A DNA stretch of 53,159 nucleotides, from NCBI GenBank assembly GCA_002633005.1, contig NMRA01000223.1, positions 163,710-216,868 on the forward strand, given 5' to 3'. Positions 1 through 13,350 of the stretch are shown piece by piece. The translations under genes and the position numbers were made by a program. Within the stretch, counting starts at the first letter, position 1. Every line of letters begins with the position of its first letter. The notes beneath the pieces were generated by a model. The model saw only the letters and a list, made by a program, of their open reading frames with translations, was not told the DNA's origin and did no database searches. The DNA is from Phoronis australis (lineage: Eukaryota; Animalia; Phoronida).

Positions 1-518
1 TATTATGCAAACAAGCTGTATTTTACACCATTAGTCAATGTTTTAGTCATTGAGGCACAAATTTTGCCCAGTCTCCAGTGTTTTGTGTTATTTTTGTTGC
101 CTGACAATGCCAGAATAACTTCCTAGTAACATTCAGACTTAGTTTGCATTTTTGCCACTGGGTGTCTCTTTACGTTTTTTAAATTTCACTGTTTACAATT
201 AATTTACAATAGTAAAACGTGTAATGTGAGTGTAATATTGTTCAATACAATGGCACTGATGGGACCATATTACTTGTTTTACAAAAAAGTCACCAAAACT
301 GTTGTTTTTACAAATATAAGTTTACTAAGCTCTTTGTTGATTATTATGTAGCTTCAAACTCAAATTTCTCAAATATGTGCAACTTTATATGTGGGAACTT
401 TTTAGATTTTGAAAACACTCTAATAAATGAATTAAAAAACACCAAAATAAAATTGCCCCCCTAAAGTACTCACAAAAAACATTTTCTAGAGGCCCTACAA
501 AATCTGGCCCACCGACTA
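1..518. mobile_element. Possible right end of an Academ-like DNA transposon/MITE
   Basis: Non-coding stretch ending in GGCCCACCGACTA (506-518). Academ termini are TAG...CTA. The partner TIR would lie outside the window. Confidence 0.3.
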
Positions 519-539
519 ATAGACCTTACATAAACACAA

Positions 540-3260
540 ATATCATTTCCATGCGTAAAGGAAATTCAATCACGAAATTTGGGGTCATTAGGTGCATCTG
601 TGGGTTCATTTATTGTAGTTTCCTGTTGATATACTTTTAACTGTTCACTCTCGCTCTTTGATAATTACCAGGGACATCTATCTCTTTCACACAAAGCATG
701 CAACTTCTTTGCAGTGTAATTCGCCTTTACTTCACTCTGCAGGTATATACACCACGCATAGAGTTTAACGTGCGCATGCGCAATTGCATTCTACCTTTTT
801 TATTATTCCTAGTCTTGTTATTCATCCTTCCTATTCAGGTTGTCATTAATGTTACATCGATTCACTTACAACAATCACATTCACTGTGGTTGATACGATA
901 ATCAAGGGATTTCTATTTATGATATAGTTTTGACCCAAAATACACCGGAATGATCCGAAATGGGTCAATGAGTGCATAACACCAAATTGCTACTCCTTCT
1001 AAAGGTTTTTAGATAGAATTCTTGATTTTTTAGCAAGTAGAAACTAGAGATCTGCATCCGAAATTTACTTTGAATTCCAATCGGATAAAGGGAACCGAGT
1101 TTCGGGTAAAAGGTCATTAAGTGCAAAAGTGATTTTTGAGATAGACCCTTCATAATCATGCATATGATAAATATTTATAAAGGAAGTTCAGTCACAAATT
1201 CAGTGTTTTTTTCTCTAAAATTTAAGACTTTTTCAATCAGCTCGTACCTGTATGTTTTATCACTGAGTGCGTTTAAGTTCATCGTGGTTCAACCAAAGAC
1301 CAAAAATTTACTACAGGATCCCAAAATGGGTCAACCAGTATATTTCTATGAAGTGCTTTTCCCTTTGTGCTTTTTAGATTGCTTCATCAAATTTCGTGAA
1401 CAGCTTGGTGCCATATGAGAGCACCTGCAACTTAAATGGAATTTCGATCTTATCAACTGAACCAAATTTCTAGGTGAAAAGTCAGTAAGAGCAAACGTGA
1501 TTATTAAACTAGACCTTCCATAATCACGTATATCATCATAAATTGTAAAGGAACTTCTCTCACAAGTTTTGGGGTTAATAGGTTCAAGGGTGGCGTCATT
1601 AAGTGCTGTTTTCTGTTGATACACTTACTATTCACTTTTGCTATTCACAGTCATCTCTCTCTTTCACACAAAGGATGCAATTTCTATGTAATGTAACAAG
1701 CCTATACTTTACTTTGCACCTTCGTACACGCGCAGAGTTGTAAGCGCGCATACGCAATTGCATTCTAGTTCTTGTTGTTACTGTTCATATTATCATTTTT
1801 GCTTTCATTTTCGGGTTGTTATTACTCTTACATGTATATAACAGTGTGGTTGATACGAAAATCAATGACTTTGTATTGAATATATACATAAAACTTGTTG
1901 TATCTATACCATTAACTTCGACTTTTTCAGTTTTTCAAATTTTCGTCAGATTTTTGAAATAACAATCAGACTGGCACGTTGCTGGTCATATCTGCTATGC
2001 ACATGTACAAGCATTCATTTGCGCGTTAGGTTACTAGTTTTTTCTAGTAAAAGAATCAGTTTTTAATGTAACGATTTATTACTTGAAAAGAGATAACAAA
2101 AATGAAAACAATGGTAACTGTCCAATGGGGTCGTAACATCTCCTGGAAATAGTTAATTAACAATATTTGCTATTGTTGTTAGCGATGAATCGGAACCTGG
2201 GTTGCACAGGATATAATATTTAACAATTGAAAACTGAGACAGATGTGTCATGTAATTGACAGTACTGTTCCAGATGTTACGGTTGGGACATGATTGCACG
2301 TTGAATGTTAATTATATTGGTGTAATGTTATTACTTTAATCTATTTTCCTGAAGTCTTATGATCGAGCGTTTTGAAGTTCCCATGCCAGACGTTACTGTT
2401 GAAGTAGTGCGGGAGGTGAATACGCAAAACGTTTTAACATGGCTGTATTGTACTCGACTAGTCGAACGCATGTGAGATAAAGTCACCTGAAATGGGTCAA
2501 TGAGCGTATTCAATGAAAATGCTTTTCCGTGTTGTTGTTAGATAGTTTCTTCGAAGTTGATTAACACGTACGCACCAGGAAAATATATTTGGAACTCCAG
2601 TCGGATCAAGGACACCCAGTTAAAGTTACTTAAGTACATAAGAAAATATTGAACTAGACATTTCACAATCATTGATATTGCACTGCAAGACTATCAGAGG
2701 GGTGAACGAGCATAATTTCATTGAGATACCTTACACCATGCAAGTTTTGAGATAGACTCTTCGCTTTGTGTAAAGAGGTAGATTTTTCATAGTTGCAATA
2801 TGAGAATACGGCCTTTCGACAAACTCAATTGTACCGATTTAAAGGTGAAAGGCTAGTGAGTGCAAAACTGATTTTCGAGCCAGAATTTTCCAATTTGCAC
2901 ATAAGGTTGATGTACTAATGGATTTCTTCTTACTTAATGTTACACAGGAGGTAGCTAGTCCCCGACCGCTCCCGGCGAATAACACAGCCGTCTTGCAAAT
3001 GTTATAATATTAACTTCAACAACAGCTGTAATTCTGGAATGATAGCCTTCCCATACAGCTTATACCCGAATTGACTCAAAGACGGCGTTGACAGATACCC
3101 ACGCGCGTTGCACAGCCTTCAGGGTCAATAAAGGCAAATTTGGATTCTTTAAGTGCAAATTTGTGTTGACATTCTAACTTCACTCACTTGTTCTTTCCTA
3201 GTATACTAGGAACAACTCCCGCTTTCACACAAACGACGAAACTTTTATACTGTATAATAA
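540..3260 (-). pseudogene. Decayed tandemly duplicated coding-like repeats, with a possible Ig-like fragment
   Basis: Diverged copies: ~570-900 matches ~1550-1870 (TCTTTCACACAAAG, GCGCAT[G/A]CGCAATTGCATTCTA, TGTGGTTGATACGA) and ~955-1700 matches ~2485-3250. Minus-strand peptides recur (DYEGSISKITFALND, DYGRSSLIITFALTD, ENSGSKISFALTS; also SMRGVYTCRVK) with many stops. Confidence 0.35.
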
Positions 3261-3269
3261 ATACATCAT

Positions 3270-4302
3270 TAAGAACGCGACTTTAGTATTTGTTAGCAAG
3301 GCTAATACTGGTACGTTCGTAATACCGAAAGACGAAGTAGAAACGCTGCACTATTCAATTGAAAAGGACCATGAACAAAATAAAACCTTAGTTAAAGGCA
3401 GTGGCGTTGCTATTGAAAATCCAAGCGCTTTGACCCAGTGGATAATGCTTGTGCCCGAGTTAAGCAGGTTGCTGACTGAGTTTGAATGTCAGAACGGTTT
3501 TGAGGAGACAAGCCACCACGAAGACATTCCATACTTCCAGAACATGATCAAGAACAATGCAACTAGTTTGTATTGCGAAATATCAGTCAAGAAGAAACCA
3601 TTTCGTTAGCCAAGGTGATGCACTTATGATGAAAGATTCTGACAGGTGTAGCCATGCCATCGAACTGAGTTAAGAACAAAAATATGACAACTAAAAGCAA
3701 CGCCCTATTTGAAAAATCGCTACAAGAGCTGACTCTTTTCAATAAAAAATTGTCGAGTCTGCTGTTTTCAAAGCAGCTATCGGAGTCGAGAAGCCTAAAA
3801 CAGTGACTAAACAACGCATAGATGGCCACAGCTTATTTCATGAAATGTATTTTGTCTCGACAAGTTCTAGAAGCTAGCCTGGGTGACTGTTTATGTACTA
3901 TAATCATCCTTGACCACATTGGAAGTCTGCGATTACCTTCACAGTACCTTAAACAGACATTCCTGTATCTGTCGAAGCCAAAGTCTCTAATGGACCAGCT
4001 AATGCCCATAGCTTTTCTCGAAACGCAACTACGGCAATCAGTCAGTTCAATTAAAAGTTTGGCCTAGTGGGGACATTCTAACCTTCACACCTGCAAGGAA
4101 GTTCATATTGCAGTTGATACTTACACTGAAGCAGTTTCAAGGTCACCACAAAAGCTTCTAGAGATTAAGGTGATCGTACCAAAGATTTTCTCCAAACGCA
4201 AATGTCTCTAATCTTGAAGAATTCCTTGTGGAACTCGAAGAATAAAGAGGAATCGTTAGCACTAGATATCTCAGCATTCCCCTGTCCTTTAAAACACACA
4301 CA

Positions 4303-4345
<43 letters not shown>

Positions 4346-6437
4346 ACACACACACATACATATAAATATATATGGGTATTTTGGTAGCAGACCTTCTTTT
4401 GTTTTCGTGATGCCACTTACACTCGGCGATCTACTATGTCAACTTTCATCTGAAGAAAGACATTTATGTAGACACAACGAAAGTTTGTTGGACAAACTTT
4501 ATAAGGCCAAGAACAGCTTATTTTTCAAGGAAACACAAACACACACACGCATACACATATATAATATAACCCACTGTCAGTCTATTCTTTCTGCTTGTCC
4601 TGGCATGCCATAGGCAAATACCCATATGGGATTGCACACTGCATACGCTTTGATCAAGGGTAAGCAAAGATTGCTGGCTATTATAGTGGGTGCTGATGTT
4701 GTGGCCGGCGAAAGAAGCTTCAAGACTAGTGTAGTGAGACTTTAGGGACTGATAATAATCCCCAACCTTCTAAAAAGAGCCGCAAAACTTTCACTTTACG
4801 TGGTCAAGCAGCTTTCTCGAATTTTGAGAAAAACGGTGTTGCGTTATATGGGCTTCCTTGTGCTCAAGAAGTGTTAACTTGATAAACTTCTAAAAACCAC
4901 TGCAGAAAACAATTAATACACATTTTCCATCAGGACACGTGTTCTTTGCAATCATCGTCAAAATGTGAAAGTAGCTTTGATTCCAGCTTTTACACATTTA
5001 CCGATATAGGAAGACCAACAACAGCAAGGCCATAATCATACAAGTTATGCAGTTCAGATACGTGTAGCTTATGGAAGCAAATTTCATCGTCAACTTTCTT
5101 TTCACTCTCTTTCGGCAAGGCACGGGTTTGGCAAGTTTGCAATGGCTTCAGTTTTCAAATGAAGCCACTTTCGTCATTTTCACCGAGTTACCTTATGTGT
5201 AGATGAGTTAAGCATTTGTTGAGATAGCAAACTTTTATGGACATAGCATTGCGAGCAAGAAGTCATCATTCTTCTACTGCCATCTTTCGTTGACTGGAGT
5301 CTAACTTCAAGGTTGACCAGTTGTACAGTTCACCGTTTGGTCCATTTCAAGTAATGCATGCATTTGACTTTTCGTCTAGGGACTGGTGTTTCGATTTTCT
5401 GAATTTCACCTTGCAGCGTGTGCGCCTTGTAACCCTTTCCCATGTTCTTCCCATTCTTATTGAGCAAACTTAACGTGACACTGCGGAAGCCGTTGTGTTT
5501 TGTGTTGTAGCATATTTTGCACGTTACATCGTCAGAAGGAAAGCACTGGACTTGAAAGAACACCACTTACATTAACTAGTGCACAATGTGAAGAAATTTT
5601 GCAAACATCTCCCATCCGTTGATTGAGCAGGGCGTCTAAGAGGGGTGCTGTCATCATGACCATAGGTTCAACATTTCTTCTAATCAATAACTGACTCGTT
5701 ATTTTTTTACCATTGCAGAAATGAAACCAAAAATACATGTAGCCATTTTATATTATAAAAAGTGGCTTTTTCAAAAACACATGCGAAATAAATATTTTCC
5801 ATAGTTCATGCGAAACAATAAAAATATATTGTTCCAACGCTGCATCGTTCCTACAGACTGCAGTTCTGATATTTTGGAATAAGCAACATGCACTACGGAC
5901 TTAAAGGTACCTTTTGTAGGTAATAATTATCGGAGTAAAGGGCTGACATAAACTTGAAACTTAGGTCTTAATAAACAACTTGCACTATGTGAATGGCTAC
6001 TTTACACGTAATTATTTAAACAGGAAATCCACCCTCCTGTTTTCAGATGTGCCTAATTCCACTAAATGTCTTCAATCCAACCAATTAAATCAATTTACGA
6101 TATTTTTAATCGACTTAGTTCATCAGTTGAGTAAATTACCTTAATTAGTAAATCCCGTACAAAAAATACCACTAGAACAATGAACAGTAGGTCAATAAGC
6201 TTTCTCAGAGCTGATGTCATCTGCTTAAATATTGCTGTCTGGATGAACATGGGTCAGCTTCAATTGTTAGACAATATATCAATGAACACATACAATTAAG
6301 AAATAGACATTTGTTGAAAAAAAGTGTTCTTCGAGGCAATTAATTACGTTTGGGCCTGTTTTAAAGTTTAGTGCAGCAAGAGCCTTGAACTATTGTGAAC
6401 AAATAAACCCTGGTTTTTAGTGTTTTTCGTCCTACTA
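3270..6437 (+). mobile_element. Decayed AcademX-like DNA transposon (transposase plus XPG-like and Cys-rich ORF remnants)
   Basis: ~3358-3600 translates as IEKDHEQNKTLVKGSGVAIENPSALTQWIMLVPELSRLLTEFE...HHED...KKPF, matching the DQAHEQNN..VKGSGGAVGLTENP.A..RW...PE..RL..EFE block I associate with Academ transposases. Weaker downstream remnants; candidate terminus ...TTCGTCCTACTA at 6437. Confidence 0.65.
4294..4360. repeat. (CA)n microsatellite
   Basis: Directly visible. Confidence 0.95.
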
Positions 6438-6959
6438 GAAGTTTTAAACTACCTCAATTATTTTAGTTGGTTAAACTTATGTCAAAACCAATTTCAAACT
6501 AAAGTATAGAAACACATTTCTTACAAAAAATACAATAACATTGAAGATGTTGATTGTAATGTACTATTTTTGCATTAAGCTTTAGGTCCACCGGTGCAAT
6601 TTTGGGGTCATTAAATGATAATTCTTTTTCCACGCTATGCATTTGCGCAGTGGGATGAGTTTCTTTGTTGACTGATTGCCAGGTCGGAATACAGCAGTGT
6701 CACTACGAGTTTGGTAGTTTATATAATTTCATATAAATTGGTATGGTCATCGTTACAAGGCACAGTTTTAGGGATTTGTTTATTTCAATATCAAATGACG
6801 ATTACCAGATTTTTCTGTGTCACTTGTGGCGTTTTCATTAAATTATGATTGACAATGAGCACACAGTCTCCAGGAAGCCACAAAGTGGCGCTTGATTATT
6901 TACGGTTTTAATAAGACATGGCATGCTTAAGTTGCAGTTCCAGCACTTTTAAGGGATTA

Positions 6960-7828
6960 AATGTCCAAAAACCACAGGTCAGGTAGAGAAAAATAATACA
7001 TATCCATGTCATCATGCACACAGTGTGTACAGAAATAACCTGAAAAAGAGGTGGATATTTGAAACGTACTCTGTGGATTGTTGCCTGACCTTAGCTATAA
7101 CCACCATCAAGCAACAATGGGAATATTCAGCATTGATTGAGTCCACTGTCACTAATTAACATGTTAGAAAAGAACCCGAACATTACAAATATCATTTTGA
7201 TGTACTATAAGAACACGGAACCTAAGTCAAATATGATCTCAACTATGACATCAAACATTAACTCGACTGCTGGGACGCCTACATCGGCCATCGTCCCCGT
7301 TAACATTCATCTTCGTATTGCACCGTTTTCATGCAATTTCAGTTTCAGTTGGCAGTGCAACTTACATGTACCGGCCCTAAGCCATTTCACCATGACTTTA
7401 AGTGCTCGCAAAATCGTCTCAGAAAAGATCAACCACCACTGAGTAATAAGCGTCACTTCCGTCGTGATAGATGCTTTCTACATTTCCGAAACCTTTGTGA
7501 AGCCTAGCGTCACATGCTGTTTGTGTTTTCCTTGCAGAGAAAAAACCCGGGTGCAAAGTTGACGTGAAAGGAATTAAGTACTATGGTGAAGTTGACCACG
7601 CAAAGACGGGACAACGGTGCAGAGTATGGGATTCACTGGAAGTTCAGAAACACATGTCCAAAAGGAAACGTTTAATTAGATCATTCAAGGGATGGTCCAG
7701 AAAAGTGCAACTTTCAAATTATTGTCGAAATCCGGACTACTCGGAGGTTGGTCCTTGGTGTTATATAGAAGATGAGAATGTACCTTCGTGGCGTGTTTGT
7801 GACATCGAAATGTGTGACGGTAAGTACT
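6960..7828 (+). repeat. Duplicated intron+kringle exon unit, copy 1 (paralogous to ~13765-14581)
   Basis: Shared intronic blocks CACAGGTCA, ATCCATGTCA, AAGAGGTGGATA..TGAAACGTACTCT, AAGATCAACCACCACT, GATGCTTTCTA..CCGAAACCT, then the exon. Confidence 0.85.
7538..7819 (+). CDS. Kringle-domain exon 1 (internal, phase 1-1) of a kringle-containing extracellular protein
   Basis: Acceptor TTTTCCTTGCAG ends at 7537; donor GTAAGT starts at 7820. 282 bp open: KKPGCKVDVKGIKYYG...TGQRCRVW...NYCRNPD...GPWCY...WRVCDIEMCD, with six kringle cysteines. Confidence 0.93.
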
Positions 7829-9074
7829 GTTCAGCGACTGGATTACTAGACCTCGTCCGATGTGCCTCACGGTTAACACAGCAGCAGCCCCAGAAACTGC
7901 ATCTGTTAACAAACAGAATGCGTAGAACGGGACTATGGTGGAACACCACACAACTACAGGTGGTTACATTTGCCACTGACTTCACCTGTCTTTAAATCCA
8001 ATCAGTACTGATTAAGTCAGGATGTTGATGGTTCTGCATGTAAACGGAGATCTGAAGTGTCTGCACACAGTTATACTGGAAACTTGATCGAGGTGGTTGG
8101 AATCTTAAATCTAACAAAATCGTCTATGTCATTTTTTGAAAATTCCAAAATACGTACTTAAAGTTTACATTATTCTATTCTGTACACAAATAATTGCTTG
8201 TATATGTAAATCCCGGAGGTGAATTGCAGTTGGTAAACATTCGAGTTGAAAAACTGATCGAAAGAAAGTTTGCACACTATCTACACCTTGGTTTCTCCAC
8301 GACAAAACAACTTAGGACTGCTATAAATATCAAGATTCAAGAGTAATTTCCCTATAATACTTCCACAATTCAACTAACTATAAAAAGCGAATATCAGTTA
8401 TCACATTAATCATAATGAAATGAGACCTGAAAACGTATTTCTCGACCCAAAATTTCGTCTTAGTTGTATCTTCGCGATGTAAAATTAATGAGGACTTGAC
8501 TATTTTTTTATTTATTGCGATATTTGAAATGAGAGTGGCCTCTTCAGTGATACCATTGCTTTTCAAGATGGCCCTCAAGAACAAACATAAAACAGTAATA
8601 TAATACAATGAGGTAATGAAACAACAATTAAATATACGAAACAAAAATACAATTAAAACAAGTTGAGAATTAGGACAAGAAATAAATGAAGGAAAATGGT
8701 GAAAATTTAACTAACATAGAGGAAATAGATAAAGAGAAGACTCTAAATAGTAAATACGTAACCCCACGGCTAGCTGTGCCTGCGGCATTACGTGGTGTAA
8801 TTGCCTACACAAGAAAACATAAGTGAACGTTTTAACTATTAAAGTTGACATATATTTCTCGCAGTTCATGTTTTTTCATTCAAATTTAATGGGATCATTT
8901 TTTATACAAAAAAGACACGTGGTTATCAAGTCAGTGAGAGCGGGAAATTTGGAATTCGATTTTGAAAGCCTCGGCCCTGCCATATACAAGGGGACAGATA
9001 TCAATTGCTCGAGTACACATTGTATGCTGCAGAGGTTATATAAACATAAGTCTCAAGGCACTAGAGAGTAAATG

Positions 9075-9203
9075 TAGATAGATACATGTAGTAAGATTGA
9101 TAGATAGATAGATAAATGGATAGATACATAAATAGATAGATACTTATATAGATAGATGGATAGATTGGTACTAATATAGTTACATAGATAGATAGTTAGA
9201 TAG
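9075..9203. repeat. Degenerate (GATA)n microsatellite
   Basis: Directly visible. Confidence 0.9.
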
Positions 9204-10020
9204 CTTATTTAGCAATTCAAGTGTTATGACAGGCAGTAGAGAAGAGAGCCAGGTCCCAATTGCAATCAGAAACCTGCAGTAAAGTATATCTGCGTAGAAT
9301 AGTTCGGCACACTACCTCGCGGGTGCAGAGGTCGATACGACATTGATCTACTGGTATAAAAATAAATGAGAGATAATACACAGTGTACGGCCTATATATG
9401 ATATAACAAGAATGAATGTATGTCCATTTGGTGCATCCACGTACGTTTTGATGAACTAGACGTACGTGTATATAGTGAACTACATTGCGTAATTTTCATA
9501 TAGAATTCATGTGGTTGCCCTGAGAAGGCTGACCAGTAAACGAAGTACAGAAATTCTTAATGGCGTTGTCAGGGGTGAGAAATGTCGCATTAGATACCAT
9601 AGGTTACTTTTTTCTAATCACGCTAAAAGTGAGGATAGCAATGACGATTTCCCCGAAGCGAAGGTAGGCAAACTCACGTCTGGCTCGCGCCTAGCTCACG
9701 GTAATTTCCTGGCACACTCAAGCTTACGTTCGCGCCAGATGTCATGGTTGATTTATGCCTCACCCTCAGGGTGTCTCTGAAAACGATCACGCCTTTCCAT
9801 AGCGCACGCACCCCGCACGAAATGTAATAATTCATTGGCTGTAGCTTACTAGCACGCCACGCATGCCGATTTTGAAGCTGAGTGGCTGTGTAGTCTGACT
9901 GCATCTACATCAAAAACTGCATTTGGTATTATAGATTAAATCATTTTTTTGGCAACAGTAGGATTAAAAACCGGAAAATCGCCGCACAAATAAAAAAATT
10001 CATGACACTTCCTTTCAAAA

Positions 10021-10680
10021 ATGAATGAGGCAGACAAGGGAGATGTTATCGGACCCGAGAAAAGGAAAGTTTTCTTTTCTCTTGGTTGCGGCGGGCCCAG
10101 TGGTATAAAATTGAAACATCAATTACATGTATCTCGCGTTGTTCATTGCATAGACCCAGCCGTTGAACTGGGAATTGTTTTCAAACGTCTTCGAAAACTT
10201 TAAAATATGCTGTATAAACTGAAGTTACCCATCCCTTTACTGAAGAAGAGCAATGTTGCGTATCGGGTTGAAAGTGACAACTGTAAGGAATTCCATATTG
10301 TACTCAAGCAGACACGGCTCTCTGACAGGTTGAAAGAACATCACACCTCAGAGAAACGTAACATATATAGGCACTGTGTTAGCAACAATCACCAAGCTAG
10401 TTCAGTTAGTATTACATGTATCTTCTGAGAACCTAATATGGAGCTACTGTACATTAAAGAGTCATTGGCCATTCAAAACCAACTCTGGTGATGACCAGCT
10501 ACTGACTACATTCCCTGTAAAATCTCACTTCACTTTATTGATGTTACCTGAGCTGTATGTTGACACTTGTTGTCCTTAATTGTTGTAAATATGATCCTCA
10601 AGATGTCTAGTGGAAAGACGAAACGTTGAATTGAACATGAACTTTGGTGTGGCGATCGTCCGGTTTTTAATTTCTGCTGA
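10021..10680 (+). mobile_element. 3' fragment of a Penelope-like retroelement (GIY-YIG region and tail)
   Basis: KLKLPIPLLKKSNVAYRVESDNCKEFHI...RLSDRLKEH...IYRHC...H, then LYIKESLAI: a typical Penelope/Poseidon C-terminus. A hammerhead-like motif follows. Confidence 0.8.
10594..10630 (+). ncRNA. Minimal type I hammerhead-like motif in Penelope tail (variant core CUCAAGA)
   Basis: TC-CTCAAGA-T-GTCT agtggaa AGAC-GAAACGT-T-GA: stem II GTCT/AGAC and palindromic ACGT stem III. Confidence 0.55.
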
Positions 10681-13350
10681 CGTGGATTCCCACGCATATT
10701 TTACTTTTACCCACTACTGAAAGATACATGTACATATAAGGGAAGTTACTCATCAAAAGTACACAGCCCGCGTCTGTAGTAAACTCATCACGAACGCATC
10801 GCTCAGCCACGGAAAGCGGTTGTCCGATACCGTGGTTAGCCAGGTGACCAGTAGCATAACCGGTGAAGAAATACTCGACCAGTCTGCATTTTTAAATCAT
10901 TCTTGGAAATTCTATGTTTTACTTTTGAAAACTTTCTTTACTTGACTGCCAACATCTTGGAATGACATTCCCCCTCTGAACTTTTCTCCGTATGTTCTTA
11001 CACTTTACTGTATGGGACTACATTACTTTCAGCTTTGGCTCACTATTTCTAAGTCCTAGACAGTTTCTTACTACCTTGCCTGCAAAGTATAGCAACTGGA
11101 TTACTAGACTTCGTGGGGGCTGCCTCCGGTCTGGCAACGAGTGACCGTAATCGGACACAGACCGGAGAGTGAGGCGTTTATCGGACGTGGCAAGTGGCGT
11201 GAGCGTAAGCGTGACCTTACAGTGCTCGGTAGGCGTGAACAAAGCGCAAACACCCCGTGAGCCCGGCCTGAGTTTCCCTACCTTCGTTACAACATTAATT
11301 GCTATCCTCAATGATTTAGTGCGACTAGAACAATGTACAGGGTGCTGTCAAATTATCAATAACTGGCATTAAGTCAGTGACTCTATATTTACTGCTAACG
11401 AAACAACATATTTAGCAAAAATATGTCCAGAATAATTGATTGGTTGAATGAAATACTTTACATTAATGGGTTTTATTATTTTACATTTTTTTGTTATATT
11501 TGATGAAAAGTTTACACGTGCATTGTTTCTAATTCACTTTCATCGAAGTAGATCAATGTATTATCCTTTTTAACGAGAAGCTCTACTACCCAAGTAACCC
11601 GTACGTAGGTTTATTTTAGTGAACTAAATAACTATTTTACTCTCTGGTGCCTGCCTTAAAACTCGGGGATAAATTAAACCTCGTCAGGATACAATTTTTA
11701 CACCTGCAATTGATACCTGACACTTGGTATACATGTACATGTACAGTGTGTAACAGACTTATGCCTTCAAAGTAAAAAATCAAATTTGCCAATTTCACCG
11801 ATATTGTAACCGCGTGTTTGCATCCGTATAAAAATTATCCCAAAACGTTGACTGAAAAACACACCGACTGCGAGAAACGTATGACAAACTTCAACAGTGA
11901 AAATAAAAAACACGTCTTACCTACAAACAAACTTTTTCTGTGTAGGCCATTACATCCGCTTGTATTGCCGAGCCGTTAGGTGTTGCCTAAATTTTGTATT
12001 CTAGTCCACATGATTCGGTCATCTATAAAATAAACCAAGGCGAGGTTCTCGGGATAGAAACACGTTATTTGGTTCCATTTCATTTAAATTGATGTGATCA
12101 CTGATGCTTATTTATTTTAGTGGTAGGTGAATAATTCACTAAAGCTACTCCATCATAAGACAATTTAAAAGATTTTAATTTTTAACAAATTGCACATTCC
12201 GTTCCACTCATAATTCCAAATCAAATCTGTGTTAGGGAGTGCATCCGGGGTTTCAAAGGTATCAAATCTTTGAACAGTGTATACTCGGTCATTTTGCCCA
12301 CATCCAGCGTGTCAATTTATTGTGTGAAGCTTGTAATCTAGTTGGAGCTTTGTAGCCAATCCTTCAGAAGTTACTTAACATCATTAGTTTTCTCTATAAG
12401 TCATCTTGAACCTCAAGTATTTCTATTTTTATGATTGTTTTGCACTCTTACTGCATGCAGAATGAACCACAATTATTATATATTTCGTGACAAGACTAAA
12501 TTATCACAACTATTAACGTTCCGCGTAATGTACAGATACTGAATTTCAGCTGCAATTACTTTTGCGTCTGGCTTTATCTTTATCGCATGCCCAACATGCC
12601 TGGATAAATCATGGTATAAAGTGTATGCAGGCTTTTCTCTCAACGGATTGTTCCAAAACCCTCTGAACTCCACACACAATCGACCCACAACCCCCAACCC
12701 AAGACCTGTGGCAATAGATGTTATTTGCGCTTTTTACACATTTCAAAATCATAATGCCTCGCCGAATGACTTTGCCCTAATACTTATCTAACGCAAATCT
12801 GCTCTGGCTCAACTCTCTTGGTTAAAAACAGAAAGTGGTGTAAGGGCATGCCCTGAATCTCCTATATCGAATTGTGAGCGTCCTATCTGGAACAGTTTCA
12901 CTAGCTGCTACCAATGGCCCTGTTCTACTAAACTTAGGGAGAGGGAGCACATTACCGTGAACAAACATATATTCACATGTTTATTATTTCATTTGGTGTT
13001 GTACACTTGTTTACAACATGCTCCATGTTTTCACTTTCCAATTAGGTAACTTGCAGTAAAATAACGTTTAACATAAGTTAACTATTTAACATGCGATTGG
13101 CCAGCTTGACCAATTATCAACAAAACTGTGTACATTCACTTCTCTCGTTGCAGGCATCAACGTCAACGTCTTGAAGTAATGAACTCTCAATGTATCCAAA
13201 GTCAGGGGAATTCATTGACGTGTAACCAGCTGTGTGTCATTACTCCATACTCCTTTTCCACAAAGTCTTTGTGTTGACATATGCAATTTCAGGGTCCGTT
13301 TCGTAAAAGTGATAAGAAACAGAGAAACGTTATTACTCCCCCATTTCAGA

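Noticed and set aside
4158-4416. ORFs rich in CV/HT dipeptides (also 49925-50398 and 52497-52721)
   Set aside because: They are translations of microsatellites.
7820-7995. C-terminal extension of the 143-aa kringle ORF
   Set aside because: Read-through past a consensus GTAAGT donor; not shared with the paralogous exon.
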